Shown here: positions 1 to 14,138 of the stretch, piece after piece | Numbering within the stretch: position 1 is the stretch's first letter | Layout: every line of letters begins with the position of its first letter | Origin: Lytechinus pictus | Taxonomy: Eukaryota | Reading direction: 5' to 3' | NCBI RefSeq assembly: GCF_037042905.1 | Contig: NC_087249.1 | Coordinates: 9,302,001 to 9,366,000 of the forward strand | DNA length: 64,000 nucleotides | The notes under the pieces: generated by a model | The model's input: only the letters and a program-made list of their open reading frames with translations | Databases searched by the model: none | Told to the model about the DNA's origin: nothing | Made by a program: the position numbers and the translations under genes

Positions 1-3000
1 TAAATGAAAGTGAGATGAAAGTTACATCGCCATTGACGTGACGGGGAATCCCCCAGCGAGATTCATATATCAACAATGTGTATGGAGACGAGTAAGACTC
101 ACAGCAAAATAACTGTGGTATATTTAGCCTTTGGGCTAGGGTCATGCACTCTTCGGAATCTGACGCATTCGCCTTGGCTGATGGGATATACAGCGTTGTG
201 TTAGGAGCAAGATGCGTGTGGGGTTATATACTCAAGATATTTTGAGAGTGAGTTTCTCCGCACGGTGGGGCATATAGATGCCATCACTATTACAAGAGAT
301 TGGCTGAAACTTTCTGGCTTTTAAATGATTAATAATTTCCGAACAGGGACAATGGGGGGGGGGGGGTTTACATTGAAAGAATTTGTAACATATAATGGAA
401 AAATATCTTTGTAATTATAATGGGAGAGCATACATGCGAGCATGCAAAGATGACAAAAAACTGCCAAGAGAATATTACGACAATGAGAAAATGAAAGAAT
501 TATCAGAAATTGAATAGATAAAAACAACAAAAAGGGCCCTTTAATGGAAATTGGATGAAATAATAAAGAACCATATGCGAGAGAGAGAGAGAGGGGGTGG
601 GAGGAAGAAAGAAAGGGAAAAGGGTGGAATGTGTGTGATATAAAGAGAGCAAGAGTGAGAAGGAGATAGTGGGGGAGAGAGGAATATAAAGGAGAGGAAA
701 TAAGTCAGAGAGAGAGATAGAGAGTATGGAAATGATCGAGAAGAATCTAAACTACGTTCTCATCTACTTTAGATCGCATACAGATTCGCAATGACGTCAT
801 TTGACATCCATTGCTATTTTGGGTATTCATCTCTCACATGTAGTTGTATATCAGTCTCCCCTCATTCACTATAAGGACCTATTTCCCATCATGCCATTGC
901 AAACAATAGACAAAAATAGAAGCAATACGTGCCTTTGGTCAGGTGCAGTTGCTTCAATCTGTCGGGCATGTAAACAAAATCACACCCTCGGGTAAGAAAA
1001 GTTCCACCCCCCTCCTTCTCTCTCTATGTCTCTATTCCCTTTCTCTGATTTTGATTCTCTACAGTCCCATACTGTTATTGGTTGTGTATATGATATTTTG
1101 TTTGTTTCATTCTCCCTACTTTCTTTCTCCTATTCTCCCTAATGCCCCTCTATTATTATGCCATTATTTTTCTTCTTAGTCTTTTATTTGGATTTGCAAG
1201 TTACACCCACCCCCTCTTTCTCCCTCTTTCTTTCTTCTTTCTATTTATTTTCATAAGCCAGCTTGACAGTATTCTTTCTTCCCCACCCCCTCTCTCCCCC
1301 ATCCCTCCATTTCTCTCTCCCCCATCTCTTCCTCCCTCCCTACGCCACCCCTCCCTCCCCCTCCCTCTCTCTCTCGCTCTCTCTTCCCCTTTCTATGACT
1401 TGCTTCTCGCTTTAGTCCCATTCTGCTATGTTACTTATATTATATTTTGTTTCCTTCTTCCGAATTTCTTTTCCTGTTCCCCCAAATATCCCTCCTGCAA
1501 TTATCATTCCATTATTTTCTTCTCATTCTTTTATTTGGATTTGTAAGTTCCACCCTCCCCATCACACCCCCCCCCCCATTTTCTTTCTTCTAGCTATTTC
1601 TTTGCAAATAACTAATTGACTTAAACGGAATTTGAATAACAAGAACCTTCATATGGATTAATAACAAAATATTGAACATTATCTGTTTTCCCCCGACCAT
1701 GTACCTTTAACCTTTTCTCCCAACCACTTCCTCCTACCTTAAAACGAATCTCTAAATGTTTTTTTTTCTTCTGCCATTTAAAGATCACTGGAAGCACAGA
1801 TATAAGGTACAAACACCATCGGCCTTACTAGAAGTGAATTAGAATGAAATATCAATAAAGAAAATAGAGGAAATATTATGATACCGTAACCCTCAACACC
1901 CATCGTTCGATATTATTACGTAAGAATGATAATGCTAAAAATAACCAAACACGACCTTACGGCAAACATTTCTCTGTAAATAGAACCCACTGGGTCAACA
2001 CTGTATCTACACTAATATCTTCAAACCAATGTACATAACGACATATAGCAACTGCAACAACCTTAATGTTACGTAACGTGATGTCAGCATAATTACATTA
2101 TCTATTACATTGCGATCAATACAGTCACATTCCGAAGCTTTTGTCGTGGAGGGGATTATGTTGCCTCATGAGTTCGATTAGGTTTATAATGAGTTCTAGC
2201 TTTGATACATAATTATGCTGGCACGGGCCGTGATGTTTCCATATCAACATGATCAACAAAGTCCAATTTGTCTTCTTAAAAAAAATTAAGAATGAAGTTA
2301 AAATTCAACGCCCACTCTTTCTTTTGCAATAATATTCCTGTCCTGTGATATCGTCCTGAATTCACCCTAAGCCCATTGTCCTATTTCTCCAAGTCATTGA
2401 CATCTTCTTTTCCTGTCTCCCAACTAGACTATTCAGGACACGAATTTGAATATCCCTTCGTTATCTTCTTTGGATTCTTGATATCGACCATATGTTATGT
2501 TGAATGTGACCCCCCCCCCTCCTACACACACGCCCGCACGTACACACATGCACCGCTCGCGCGCTTTTCACAGCCAAGCTTTGGGAAACACAGTCACAGT
2601 TTAAATAAATACTAAATGATGAGATCGCATTAATGTACAATAACTTCACAGAAATCACCAAAACCTCTACTTTTCGTTTAAAGGATCATCTCAAGTTCAC
2701 ATCATTATCAGTGCCATTGTCGTCAGCATAATCATTTTCATCATTATCCTCCTCCTCTTCGTCCTCCTCCTCCTCATCATCATCCTATATACCGAGGTCT
2801 TCATAACTAATTCCCGCTCCTTATCATCTCCTCTCAGACATCAAATTACTTTTATTATATAGTCTTTATCATTTTGTGTTATTCTCTCTTTTCGGTCGCA
2901 ATTCGTCCTGTTTCTATTTATGTTTATTTCCTCTTTTGTCGTCCTGTTATTTATTTTTTGTTGTTTTATTTTACATTTTTTTCGTTTTGTCTTGTTCTGT

Positions 3001-5234
3001 GGGTTATCTTGTTCTTTTTAATCTATTCAGTAAGTATCCGTAGGCAAATAGCAACCATTGCGTCTCCCCCCCCCCTCTTTTCTCTTCTTTTAGTGAGGTT
3101 CACATTATACAAGCTATGCTTTTGAGTAAATCTCCCATTTCCACAGATACCCTTTTTTCTGTTTTCAATTATAGATTATAATTTATCGACAAAATGCATC
3201 ATATTTTGTATATATCTTTATATGTTAATTATCATTTATGTTTTTTAATATAATTATAATGACAATGATTTGTATCGTTAATATTTGTTACAATGCATGA
3301 AAATGATTTGTATCAATATTTATGTAATTTCTGTTGGAAATAAATCTGAATCTGAATCATTATCCAAGCCATTACCAATATACCTCGCCACAACCGTTAT
3401 CATCGCCATCATCTTCCTCTTCCTCATCATCATTATCTTTATCAACACCACCAGTCCATAATCATTATCAGTATCATCATTTAACCATCGGTGTTATCAA
3501 CACCACCGTCATCGTCATCACTACCGAAAACATCACCAACAGCACTTTTATCATCACAAACAAATATTCATCCTGTGTGATCATTTTAACCACCAATATT
3601 TTCTTACTTAATAAACTCATGAAAAGATAACATACATGTTGTTCAACAGACGACATTCTTTCTGGAACATTGAGTCGTCGTTTATTATTCAGCTTGTTTT
3701 CATGATCCGTCTCGACTCCCTCATCCTCCCACGCCGTGTCTGAAGATATTTCTTATTTTTTTCAAAGATACCTCATCTTAAAGATCGACTTCATTCTATC
3801 CTGTTTTTTTAAGGGACTAAAGCACCATGGGACTGAACAATAGGTGAATATTCCGATTGTTAGTAGCATGATTACGTAATATCAAACATGGAACGAAGTA
3901 TCCAAAAGAGGTTTGAGAAAAATTTCCTAATGATGAAAAATTGATTTGGTGTCAGTAACAGCAACAAACGTGCACCATAACCAAATCGAAGTATTTTTAT
4001 TACATAAAGATATATAGCTGGGACTTCACGTATTCATACAAGGAAATTGATTGAAATTATTGACTTGTCTATAACTCAGTTGGATTTGTTTCCCCTTCTA
4101 AAGCCTATATATAGATTTAATGTTTCGCCATATTCATGATATTCACATAATGTATGAGTAAAGATAGAAAATAATTACATTCCTTTTTATTGTAGAAAAG
4201 ATAGATATTTCATACTCGGATATAAACGGGTGATAAAATTTATCATAAGTTGATCTTCACCTTAAACTGATATCTTTATCTTCAAATTCGTGCTTTACGT
4301 TAGCTTTTTCAAGATGTGTTCGTGAATTGGGCATGTTGGGATGAGTTTGAGAGATATTTTGCGGTCAATTTCCATCCATCAGCATCGAACTGTATGGCAT
4401 AATGGACTACACTCCAAAAATACAAACAGACATACTACATGTTTGACACCGCAGTTCAATTTTGACACCGTTCTCACTACATAATATAGGCGTAAATGTG
4501 TGTGTGGTTTTTTTAAAATAAATTTTGTATGTTAAACAACAGTTCTATTTTTTTCTTTTATGACCTGTATCCATAATTATCTATACCATAATGACTAAAG
4601 CAATACGTGGATAAAACGACAATTAAAATTAAAAGAAATCAACCATTTTCGTGGTCTTGAGAAACAAAGTTCCCAGTGTAGTATGATTATTGTAATATTG
4701 GTTTTAAAAATAATTTCATTTGAGCAATTGCTGTTTTATATTTTTTTATCTGTATTTAAAATTTCAATTCTTAAATAAAAAAGCAATTGTCTCGAAATTT
4801 CGAGGGTCCCTTGTATAATCAGAGTCAATGCGTAGAATTCCTAATTTTAAAATGAATTGTACAGATAGCTTTCCACTGCTCATGCAAAGTGGGACTAATG
4901 AACATTAGCCCTTTTACTGATCTCAACGTTTACCTCGATATTGTTAATAATCGATGCGTATCTAATACACCCACATGGCAACGGACATGGGGCTGGCTTG
5001 AAACGTGCCTTTTCTGTTCTGTGATTCATCTTGTTTATAATAATTCTGTTCCATTATGGTTTTTTTTTGCATTTTCCATCAATACAACTGCGCAGTGAAC
5101 ATTGAGTGGATTCAATTATTTATGGTGTTTTTCCACAGTATCTGTGCAATTATGCTATTTTGCTTGTATTTCATATATTATATATATATTTATTCATTCA
5201 TTTTATTTATGTATTCATTTGTTTTACACAGCTA

Positions 5235-5521
5235 TAATAATAATAATAATAATAATAATCCGTTTTTTATATAGCGCTTAATACATCGGAACGACGTGTC
5301 TAAGCGCTTTACAGATATATTATTACCCCGGTCATCGGATTCAATCAGTCATTTCTGCACACAATGTGTGCACATCCTCCACTCCCTGGGGAGTATTCCA
5401 GTCAGTCGCCGGTGAGGCGCACACAGTACTGGACAAGCTGCAATGACTTTCACATCCTACCGGGTACCCATTTAGCACCTGGGTCGAGAGTGGCAAAGTG
5501 TGGATTAACGCCTTGCCAAAG
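5235..5521 (-). mobile_element. 5'-truncated SINE (core and 3' tail)
   Basis: (AAT)n tail at 5235-5259 next to TTTATATAGCGCTT. The core CGGGTACCCATTTAGCACCTGGGTCGAG...CTTGCCAAAG resembles the core of the full-length SINE at 8955-9232. No tRNA-like head present. Confidence 0.7.
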
Positions 5522-5565
5522 CTATGAAAATTCCATGTAAATATTTCTATACAATAATGATAATA

Positions 5566-5721
5566 ATATGATGATGACAATGATGATGATGATAATGATA
5601 ATGATGATGATGATGATGATGATGATGACAATGAAGATGACAATGATGACGATGATGATGATGATTATAATGATGATGATGATGATGAAGACTATGATGA
5701 TGATGGATGATGATGAAGACT

Positions 5722-5756
<35 letters not shown>

Positions 5757-5810
5757 AATAATGACAACAACGACGACGTCGATGGTGACAATGCCATTAC
5801 CGATGATGAT
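5566..5810. repeat. (GAT)n microsatellite
   Basis: Long imperfect GAT/GAC/AAT triplet array; it explains the poly-M/D/H/S ORFs here. Confidence 0.95.
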
Positions 5811-6359
5811 ATAGAGAAATAAGAAAGAAATATTATCAAACATGATATATTGTACAGTCTTTTTTCTGTTTTCAAATTGATCGAATAGGATTATACAGTG
5901 ACATGTTTTCAGAGTATCCATCCCTTGATCTACACCCTCGACCTTTGGGAGCCTCACCCTATGCTTAACCCTTCAATATGTCTTGTGATGGCAAATAAAT
6001 TCGACAAAGTAAGCCCGAGGTATTCGCCCCTTTTACAATCAGAAATGTCAACCATAATCCGAGCAAAGGGGAAAATGGTTGTATTAGAAAGCACAGGCCG
6101 AAGCATTCGTCTTTACAGGCTGCTATTAGCATTCATCTGAAAATGTCAGAGTATACAACGAAAACGTTCCGTTTGTCGCCAAGAGATGAAATGGGGATGA
6201 AATCAGATTTTGGAGGGAAAAGAGGTGGATGGGAGCCTGAGATGTATATAGGGAGGTGTTTAGAACTATAGGTAAGATGAAATAGGGGAAAGAAAATTTG
6301 AAATGAAGAGGAAAGATAAAATTTGTTGAAAGTGACAGATTTAAATTTAAAAAAAGTAT

Positions 6360-6541
6360 CAGAAGAAGAAGAAGGAGAAGAAGAATAAGAAGGAGAAGAA
6401 GGAGAAGAATTAGAAGAATAAGAAGAAGAAGAAGGAGAAAAAATAGCAAATAAAGAAGAAGAGGAAAATGAACGAGGAGGTGCAGAAGAAGGAGAAGGAG
6501 AATTTGAAAGTAGGGTAAGAGAAGAAGTGGAGAAGGAAGAG
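6360..6541. repeat. (GAA/GGA)n purine microsatellite
   Basis: Imperfect AGA/GGA triplet run. Confidence 0.9.
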
Positions 6542-7129
6542 TTAAAAAAATGGTGGCATCAGTTGTATTCGAACAGCAACGCCAGCTGCATCAGCAGTAG
6601 AGAGTCGACCCTCAAATTTGTTGTTAACCTATATTAGGTTGACTGATATATCAACCTGTAATTGACAGAATATTCAGTGTTGTGTTGCTACTAATGTCAG
6701 CTCTGATCGCTAATATAATTCATATGAAGTTTGCAATATCATGATTCTAAAGTTCATCTTTGGCGTATTCGAACGAAATGTTGTAATACGTGTCAATGAT
6801 GATCGAAGAATTGAATACAAAACCAAAGTTAATGCGTAAAAGCGCATAATTTACAACAAAGTCTCATATCACCTTGGAGAAGGGATTATAAAAAGATTTA
6901 TGGAACTACAAATATGGAGCTATTAATAGATCCATTCTACAAATTAGAATCACGATATAGAACTGCATCAGTATACCCCCGAAGAAGCCATCTTGTTAAC
7001 GTCAATAGCCATTGGTTACCATGGCAACCCATCTTCGTTACGTACCATTTCGTGAATGAGGGAACATATATTCTCAAAGGAGGAGACAGCATTTGCTAGT
7101 CAACGAATTTTTCTCTCGAGCTCGATTTA

Positions 7130-7365
7130 TTACTCTTCTTTCCTATTCTCCTCATTCTTTCTTCTTCTTTCCCTTCGTCTTCTTCTCCTCCTCCTCCTCT
7201 TGCTCTTTTGTTTATTTTTTCTTGTTCTTTTTCTCATTTTTGTTATTATTTCTATTATTATTATTATAACTAATATCATTATCATCATTAGTACATGTAT
7301 TATTATCATTACTGTTGTTGTTGTTGTTATTATTATTATTATTAGTAGTAGTAGTAGTATCATTA
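7130..7365. repeat. Compound microsatellite (CTT/ATT/GTT/AGT)
   Basis: Successive triplet runs. Confidence 0.85.
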
Positions 7366-8776
7366 TGGCTATTATTGGTTTCTTCGTCGCGTTTTTAAAC
7401 CAAAATCACAATTGAAAAAAAAAACTCTTCATTTACTATTCACATATTCGAAAAAGTTTGAAGAGTGGCACTATTTCTTTTATCTTTCAGGTGTAAAGAA
7501 GGATGAATATATATTTTTTTTCATACCTTCCCAAACAAAAACAAATAAATATATATAGAGGCGGAAATCTCTCTAAGAAAATCAATTGTTTTTATTTTTT
7601 TCAATAAGATCTCAGTCGATAGGCAAGGGTATACCCGCCACTTTTGCTTCGGCTCGAGATCTAAGGAAATCTGTTTACATTACAAATCATAAAAGGACTG
7701 CAACTAAAAAGAAGTTAAGAAGGCAGGTGCGTCGACATCAAAGTCATGTGAATATATACAGAATTATATTGATTTGTCAGAAGGCCAAGGATAAAATGGC
7801 GTAGTTTAGTTAGTCACTGATGAAACAAGGGGTTGGGTGTCCATTTTTTTCTGATGAATTAAGAGTGGTATATTAATTATTGTTCTACCTATAAGGAATT
7901 TAAGTCAAAATAATCAATTTCATGGGAATTGCAGTTCTTACACTTCGATTTCTGTCAAAATTTCGCTTATAAGCAATACAGGCACCCGCTTTATGTGAGC
8001 GGATGCGGGGGGGGGGGGGGCATTGACGTACTGGTGGTTAATTAGGGGCTGCATGCACACCCCTATATAGATTTTTATTAATGCCGTCCTTCTTGTGAAA
8101 TCATTATATTTATGTCTTTCCACCATCATTATTTTCATCGAATTTTCTGAAATATCTTGCCATTATAACCATTTACAAGCCGAAACTAAAACAAAATATG
8201 ACTAAAAATGCTGGTTTGGAAAGCTTACTCACTTCGTTTTCTCGTTTATGCAAGACCCTTTTTGCCACACTACTCTACTTGGATTAGGAGAAAAATACAT
8301 AATTTATATCGAGTCATTATAAAGCCTACAAAGCATCATGTGATGTTTGTGTGTTATTGGGAAAAAAACACCATATGGGATGAAAATGTGAAAAATAATC
8401 ATGTGACCTACTCGTACGACTTTACGGTAAACAATTTGAGAGACTTGAAAATATTGACTTTGAAACAGATGTACCCATACTATACCCGTTCACGTTAATC
8501 GGTTAACAGGTGGTATTAAAATGCTCTGCGTTTGCAAAAGTCTGAATAATACTGCAAATATTTGATGTTTTCGTTAATATTGGGGTCAAGTGTAATCGAA
8601 CAAATGAAGTTAGAAGAAGGGGCGATTATTATTTATTTGTCATTTAAATGATGACCAAGAATGTCTCGGGACAAGTCTAGCACAAGTGCAGAATTTAGTG
8701 AAAAGGAGAAAAAGAAAAAATATCAGACATACGAATATTTATTATCCTTATGCCTATATGTATGTACAACACACTA

Positions 8777-9238
8777 CAGTCTAAAAAAGATTGGTCAAAA
8801 TGACTATTCTCTTGGTATCCGACAGAGAAAAATGTGTCAAGATCAACCAAATTCCTGGTAGATTTTAACCAATAACTTCGTTGCTTTTGACCATTTTTTT
8901 CTCAGTCGGACACAATCATAACCAAGAGAATGGTCGTTTTGACCAATCCTTTTTAATAGTAATAATAATAGCTGGATTTATAAAGCGCTTTTTGCCTGAG
9001 GATACAAAGCGCTGCTATCATTACCCCAAAATTAGCTCGAGCTACCATCACCAGCGCTCAGTGCATTCAAGGAATTAATCCTGCGGGTACCCATTCACCT
9101 CACCCGGGTCTAGTGCAGCACAATGTGGAGAAATTTCTTGCCGAAGGAAAACACGCCATGGCTAGGATTCGAACCCACGACCCTCTGTTTGAAAGGCGAG
9201 AGTCGGAACCACTAATCCACGACGCGCCCACAAGACTG
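8777..9238. mobile_element. MITE with TA flanks, right TIR split by a SINE insertion
   Basis: Left TIR CAGTCTAAAAAAGATTGGTCAAAATGACTATTCTCTTGGT from 8777. Right TIR is ACCAAGAGAATGGTCGTTTTGACCAATCCTTTTT (8921-8954) plus AGACTG (9233-9238). TA on both sides. Confidence 0.8.
8955..9232 (-). mobile_element. Full-length tRNA-derived SINE
   Basis: Minus-strand head GGGCGCGTCGTGGATTAGTGG (A-box-like) ... GGTTCGAATCC (B box), a core shared with 5235-5521, and an AGCGCTTTATAAAT...(ATT)n tail. Confidence 0.85.
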
Positions 9239-10248
9239 TAGTTTGTATACCAACAAAAAAATAAATATATGACTGATTGCCAAACAAAAGGAATTACGAA
9301 GAAAAGCGACTTTCCGTCCCATTCAGGAATGCAGACCACTTTCAACAACCGGGGGTTAGGATGGGGAGGGAAGGGGTGGGGCTAGGTGTGCCTACAATAT
9401 CTGCTTATGCATTTATCATCTTTTGATCAAATGATTAACATTTTCCTTTTGTTTCTCAAATTCAACTCAATACAATCCACATAAGCATTTTATTTTCTTC
9501 CATTTTGATTTAATAAAGAGTATTACTGATGTGTATCACTCAGATATTATTCATGACAGTAACTCGAGCTTATTTAAAACATTTTGCACTGCCCTCGGAG
9601 ATTTATTACCACATTGCCTGCACCTGGCATTTATTTGCATAATGTGTTATTTTAAGAACAAAACGTAACTGATATCACCAAGCCCTTTTGGATAGTCTCC
9701 CCAGCGTAATGTACACAAGACTAGAACGGAGCATATGGGAAAGTATTTATGTGATATTCGAATCCATATACAGGTGTAAATTACTTTTTTTTTCTAAAAC
9801 AATGAGGCTGACCTGGGATCAAGTCAGCTGCGGGACTGCATCAGGTGTTGAGGTAATGTGGCTAATTAATTAGGTACGGGGTCCGAATCCCAGGTATATA
9901 GATGTTTATCTTGTTTCGTCACCCTCCATCAGCATGCCCAGGACGGGTGTGGAATCTTCGCCCAATATTTGTGACCGTATATAGTGTACTGTAAATGAAC
10001 ATAGCGTAATGTGGAGTAGATGATGAACATAAATGAGAAATTATAAGAAAAATTGAAAATATTCGAAAGTGAGAATAAAAAAAGAAGAAGAAAATGCACC
10101 ACCAAGAGGGAAAATATCTTAGCCTATAGAAGATATTAAAGATTGAACAATACGAAATATTATATTAGGCCCTATATAAAATGTAAAAAATATATATCTG
10201 GTTGATCGGGTTAATTAGATAAGAGGGACATTTTACTTCCAAAGACTA

Positions 10249-10767
10249 TTAAGGGAAAGTTCACCCTGACAAAAAGGTTATTGTAAAAATAGCAAAATAA
10301 ATAATATAAAAAAAATATTGCTGAAGGTTTGAGAAAAACCCATCAAAGAATAACAAAGTTATTAGAATTCCAATTATTTGATTTGTGACGTCATATGCAA
10401 GCAACATTCGTACATTAATAGCTTATGGTTAAAAAAATCATGGCTTATGGCTATTTTTTTTTAGAAAATTGAATTATTTTTTTTGCTGTACCTTTGGTAT
10501 ACCAATAGACAACTCATTGCACACCCGATCATGAAAAGGAAACAAAAATAAGTAATCAGGAACCATTAAAACAATGAAATTCAAGTATTTTATATTACAT
10601 AACATATTGGGCAGCTGCTCGTTTATGACGTCACAGATCCAAACTCAAAATTCTAATAACTCTCTTAATCTTTAACGGATTTTCCTCAAACCTTTACCAA
10701 TAATTTCTATTATTTTTTCTGCTATTTTTACAACAAACTTTTTTTCTAGGGTGAACGTCTCCTTTAA
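10249..10767. mobile_element. Non-autonomous DNA transposon, TTAA-flanked (Kolobok-like MITE)
   Basis: Ends TTAAGGGAAAGTTCACCCTG / TAGGGTGAACGTCTCCTTTAA. Long imperfect inverted arms include TTGTAAAAATAGCA / TGCTATTTTTACAA and TGTGACGTCATA / TATGACGTCACA. Confidence 0.8.
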
Positions 10768-12136
10768 GTAGGCCTATAGCTGTTTATTGAAATCCATCCT
10801 TTCTGTTGATCCATCCTTACTGTCCAACATGCTTACCGCGACACCCCTGTCATTACACGAGCTTCTCTACCCCACGGGACGATCTCAGCTTTGACAAAGG
10901 CGATGACCGACCGGCGCATGGCAATCGATAGAAGAGTTCGTGATGTCAAGATTTCCTTATTTCTCTTACTTTCTTTTCCCGCGCTGGTCGATGTCGTGTG
11001 GTGTTTTTAATTTCTTGGCTAACGCGCGCCTCGGTGGGTCCGACTGACCAGCCGGAGATTTTGAGGAGATGGATCCTTGAAAAGCCCTAGGGATGGAATG
11101 AGATGAGAAAGAGGGAAAGGGAGAGAGCAGAATATTTCGGAATAAGAAGAGGGAAAGGTAGGCAGAAAAGAAAGAAAGTGAGAGCGAGGTATAGAGAGGG
11201 AGGGATAGTAAGGGGGCAAGGGGTGTAATTATAGAACGATGGCGAGGTTATTCCTCGGTCAAGCTGCAAACTCTAGATGTGCCTTTCATGCTTGAGGACA
11301 TCATCTTTCCAAGAAAATTGCTTGGAAGATAAGCCTGTCGTAACACTTTAGATATTGATCTACTCCACCCCTACATCTCTCCTGAGTCATCATCTATAGG
11401 GGGGGGGTGCTCTTTCTGACCCCATCAACTCTCTCACACAAACACCCCACTCCAGTGGCGTAATAAGCCTAAAAATTGGGGAGGGTGGCACAACGCGGGC
11501 GTATGAGGGAAAGTGTCTATAAAAGCCGCAAGCATGGCAAGCGATATTTCACAATTTTTGCTTTATTTTTCCTTTTTTTTTTTGGGGGGGGGAAGCAAAA
11601 TCCCCGCAAGGACCCCTCCCTCATAGAATTTGTAGGCCACTCTTTCCACCTATTCGGTTTCTTTCTCATACATTTTCTACTTTAATTACCTTTCTTCATT
11701 TTATAACTATCACCCCCCCCCCCTCTCTATTTTTTTTCTCTTCCTTTAGATTTCTTCGCTGCGGAGGTCATCTCTGAGTCATGCCTGTAATTTTTCAGGA
11801 GTACGACCCCTTTTACGATGACACGTTTTCCACTCAAGCGGTCAAGTTTCAGCCCCCAGGTTACAGTCTGTGCAAGGTCATTTGGCGGTCAAACAATGGA
11901 AAACAACTCGCCAATGCCATCGCATGTACATTCGACACCATTTTGGAAGAAAAAAATCAAATCTATCTTTCCATTGTCCTGCATTGGAAAAGTAAATGGT
12001 AGTTTTATGCATGTAGGTCTATCAATGACATTTATTTCAACAACAAGTGTTTGTTTTTTTACTGACATATTGAAACTCTGTCATTGACATAACTGTCTTA
12101 CAACAAAACAATTTTCATTCTAACTTTTGCATTGTA

Positions 12137-12403
12137 CGGTGGCTGATTTCCGCATCTTTTTTGTACTCTTCTTATATACGGCGTTAAAACAGCCTATATT
12201 ACGGTGTTTTATCGACGTATTACGGCGTTATTTATAATGTCCTATTACGACGACATAACGCCGTAATCACGGCATTATATTGCCTAACGCCCTAATACGG
12301 CGATAAAACGCAATTTATTTAGGGCGTTACAACGCCGTATAATAGGGTGTTATAAAACACCATAATTTAGAAAAGAAAGAAACGTGGCGGAAATTAGTCA
12401 CCG
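12137..12403. mobile_element. Fold-back MITE with internal TACGGCG/CGCCGTA repeats
   Basis: TIRs CGGTGGCTGATTTCCGC / GCGGAAATTAGTCACCG; short internal repeats occur in both orientations. Confidence 0.75.
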
Positions 12404-13748
12404 AAGTAGGAGGTGTTCTTTCAGGAAAAAAATCTTTGAAGAGTTCATACACAGACTCCTTTTTTGTATCTGATAGGTATGCCAAGAGTGATTGCAATTT
12501 CTAATTTTTATCAAAGGTCTTATGGTTGTTCTTCTGAGTACAAGTTCAGTTGTCAGTTAATTCAAAGAAGGATGAACCTGCATGATCAAACTTGCAGAGG
12601 GAGAAGAAATATGAAAAGAAGGGGAGTGAGAGGTGGTGGAGGGGGACGAAGAGAGAGAGAGATAGAGGGGGGGGGGTGGAGGAAGAAGGGAGTGAGAGGA
12701 AGAGATAATGTATAGGTGTGAGAGGGTGTGTGTGTGTGTGTGTGGATAAGGAGAGGGGATGTGTATGTGTGTGTATAAGAGAAAGGGAAAAGAAGGAGAA
12801 GATAAATAGATAGAGAGAGATATAATATAATTATATATAGCTAGAAGGGAAGTTCCATTTAATCACGAGTGCATTACTATCAGATGAAGATATGAAGATG
12901 TAGACTCATATGTATTTTAGAGTGATAACCATGTTTACAGTAACATCATGGAAATTTACTGGAATATACAGACACCAACATCCAGCTATAAGATTGCATA
13001 ACCCGAAAATGACGAATATTTCTATCTTTGATATTCTTTCATCATCATCTTCGTCATCGTCATCGTAGTCATTGAGGCAATCGTCCCCTGCAGGCTTCTA
13101 CATCGATCACGTGACCTGACATCAATAATTCTCTCACCATGTTCTTCGTGTTCCTTTGTCTGGTAACGTTCCCCTCGTATTGACTCATGGACATCACATG
13201 ATGCAACATTATCCACCAACTACGGTATTTTTAGAAATCTTGTAGACTAAACAGAGACGTTTTTGTTATTCGTTCAAGAAAGTGTTGCCAATAAACATGA
13301 TAAATAAGAAGAGAGAGTCATGTCATTCCCGGTTTTTCTACCCCCCCCCCCCCGCTGTGAGGCATGATCAAGTTCAACTAAAAAAAAACATGAAAAACCT
13401 GATCCGTCATCTTAATATTTGAATTCATCGTTATTATCGACAATTATTTTTAAATTTGTGTACGTAATCATTTTTATCAAGACTTACAGGCCAATTTAAT
13501 TTGTTGTTTAGCATGCTTATAAATTTGTTCAACCATGGATCATGGTTTGACTTACTTTATTTCGGGGTCGTTTTGTTGTAGGCACATTTCATTCGCTCTC
13601 TCACCCTCTCTCTCTCTATCATAATCATCCAGATTAAAACGCGCGAATTATCCGCTCGTTGGTTTTCCTAAGGAGTCAAATTTTAATTGGCTGTCACGTG
13701 ATTTCTTAAAAAGCGATTGAAATATATCTGACATGATTACTTCTCCTG

Positions 13749-13988
13749 CACAGCAAAAAATGTGGTGTTAATCGGTGTACATAGAGGACCACACCAGTTA
13801 TTTTACTCCGGTGTTAAATTGACATTGTTAGTTTAACACCTGTAGGTGTTATTACAACACCTTTGGTTGTTACATTGACACTTTTTGGTGTTATGTTCAA
13901 TCTCTAGTGTGTAATTTTAACACCTCAGGGTGTGGTCCTCTATAGACCCAAACTGGTGTCAGTTTTAACACCGCAGTTTTTTACAGTG
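13749..13988. mobile_element. MITE (CACWG-AAAA terminus family)
   Basis: CACAGCAAAAAATGTGGTGTTAA / TTAACACCGCAGTTTTTTACAGTG; internal ATAGAGGACCACACC / GGTGTGGTCCTCTAT inverted pair. Confidence 0.8.
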
Positions 13989-14138
13989 TGGGCTGAGCGA
14001 AATACCTTTTACAGAACAGACATCCTTTTTCGTCTTTCATTGGACATTTTTGTCGCTAGGGAAACATAGATGACTCTATTTCTGTTAGGCGATTAGTGGG
14101 AAATACAGAACATTATCTAAGTTTTTTTTTATTAAGCA

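Noticed and set aside
5341..5957. Poly-His/Met/Asp/Ser ORFs
   Set aside because: They are translations of the (GAT)n microsatellite and a SINE; no real coding signal.
11781..12087. Overlapping short ORFs after an acceptor-like site
   Set aside because: No recognisable domain in any frame and no partner exons found.
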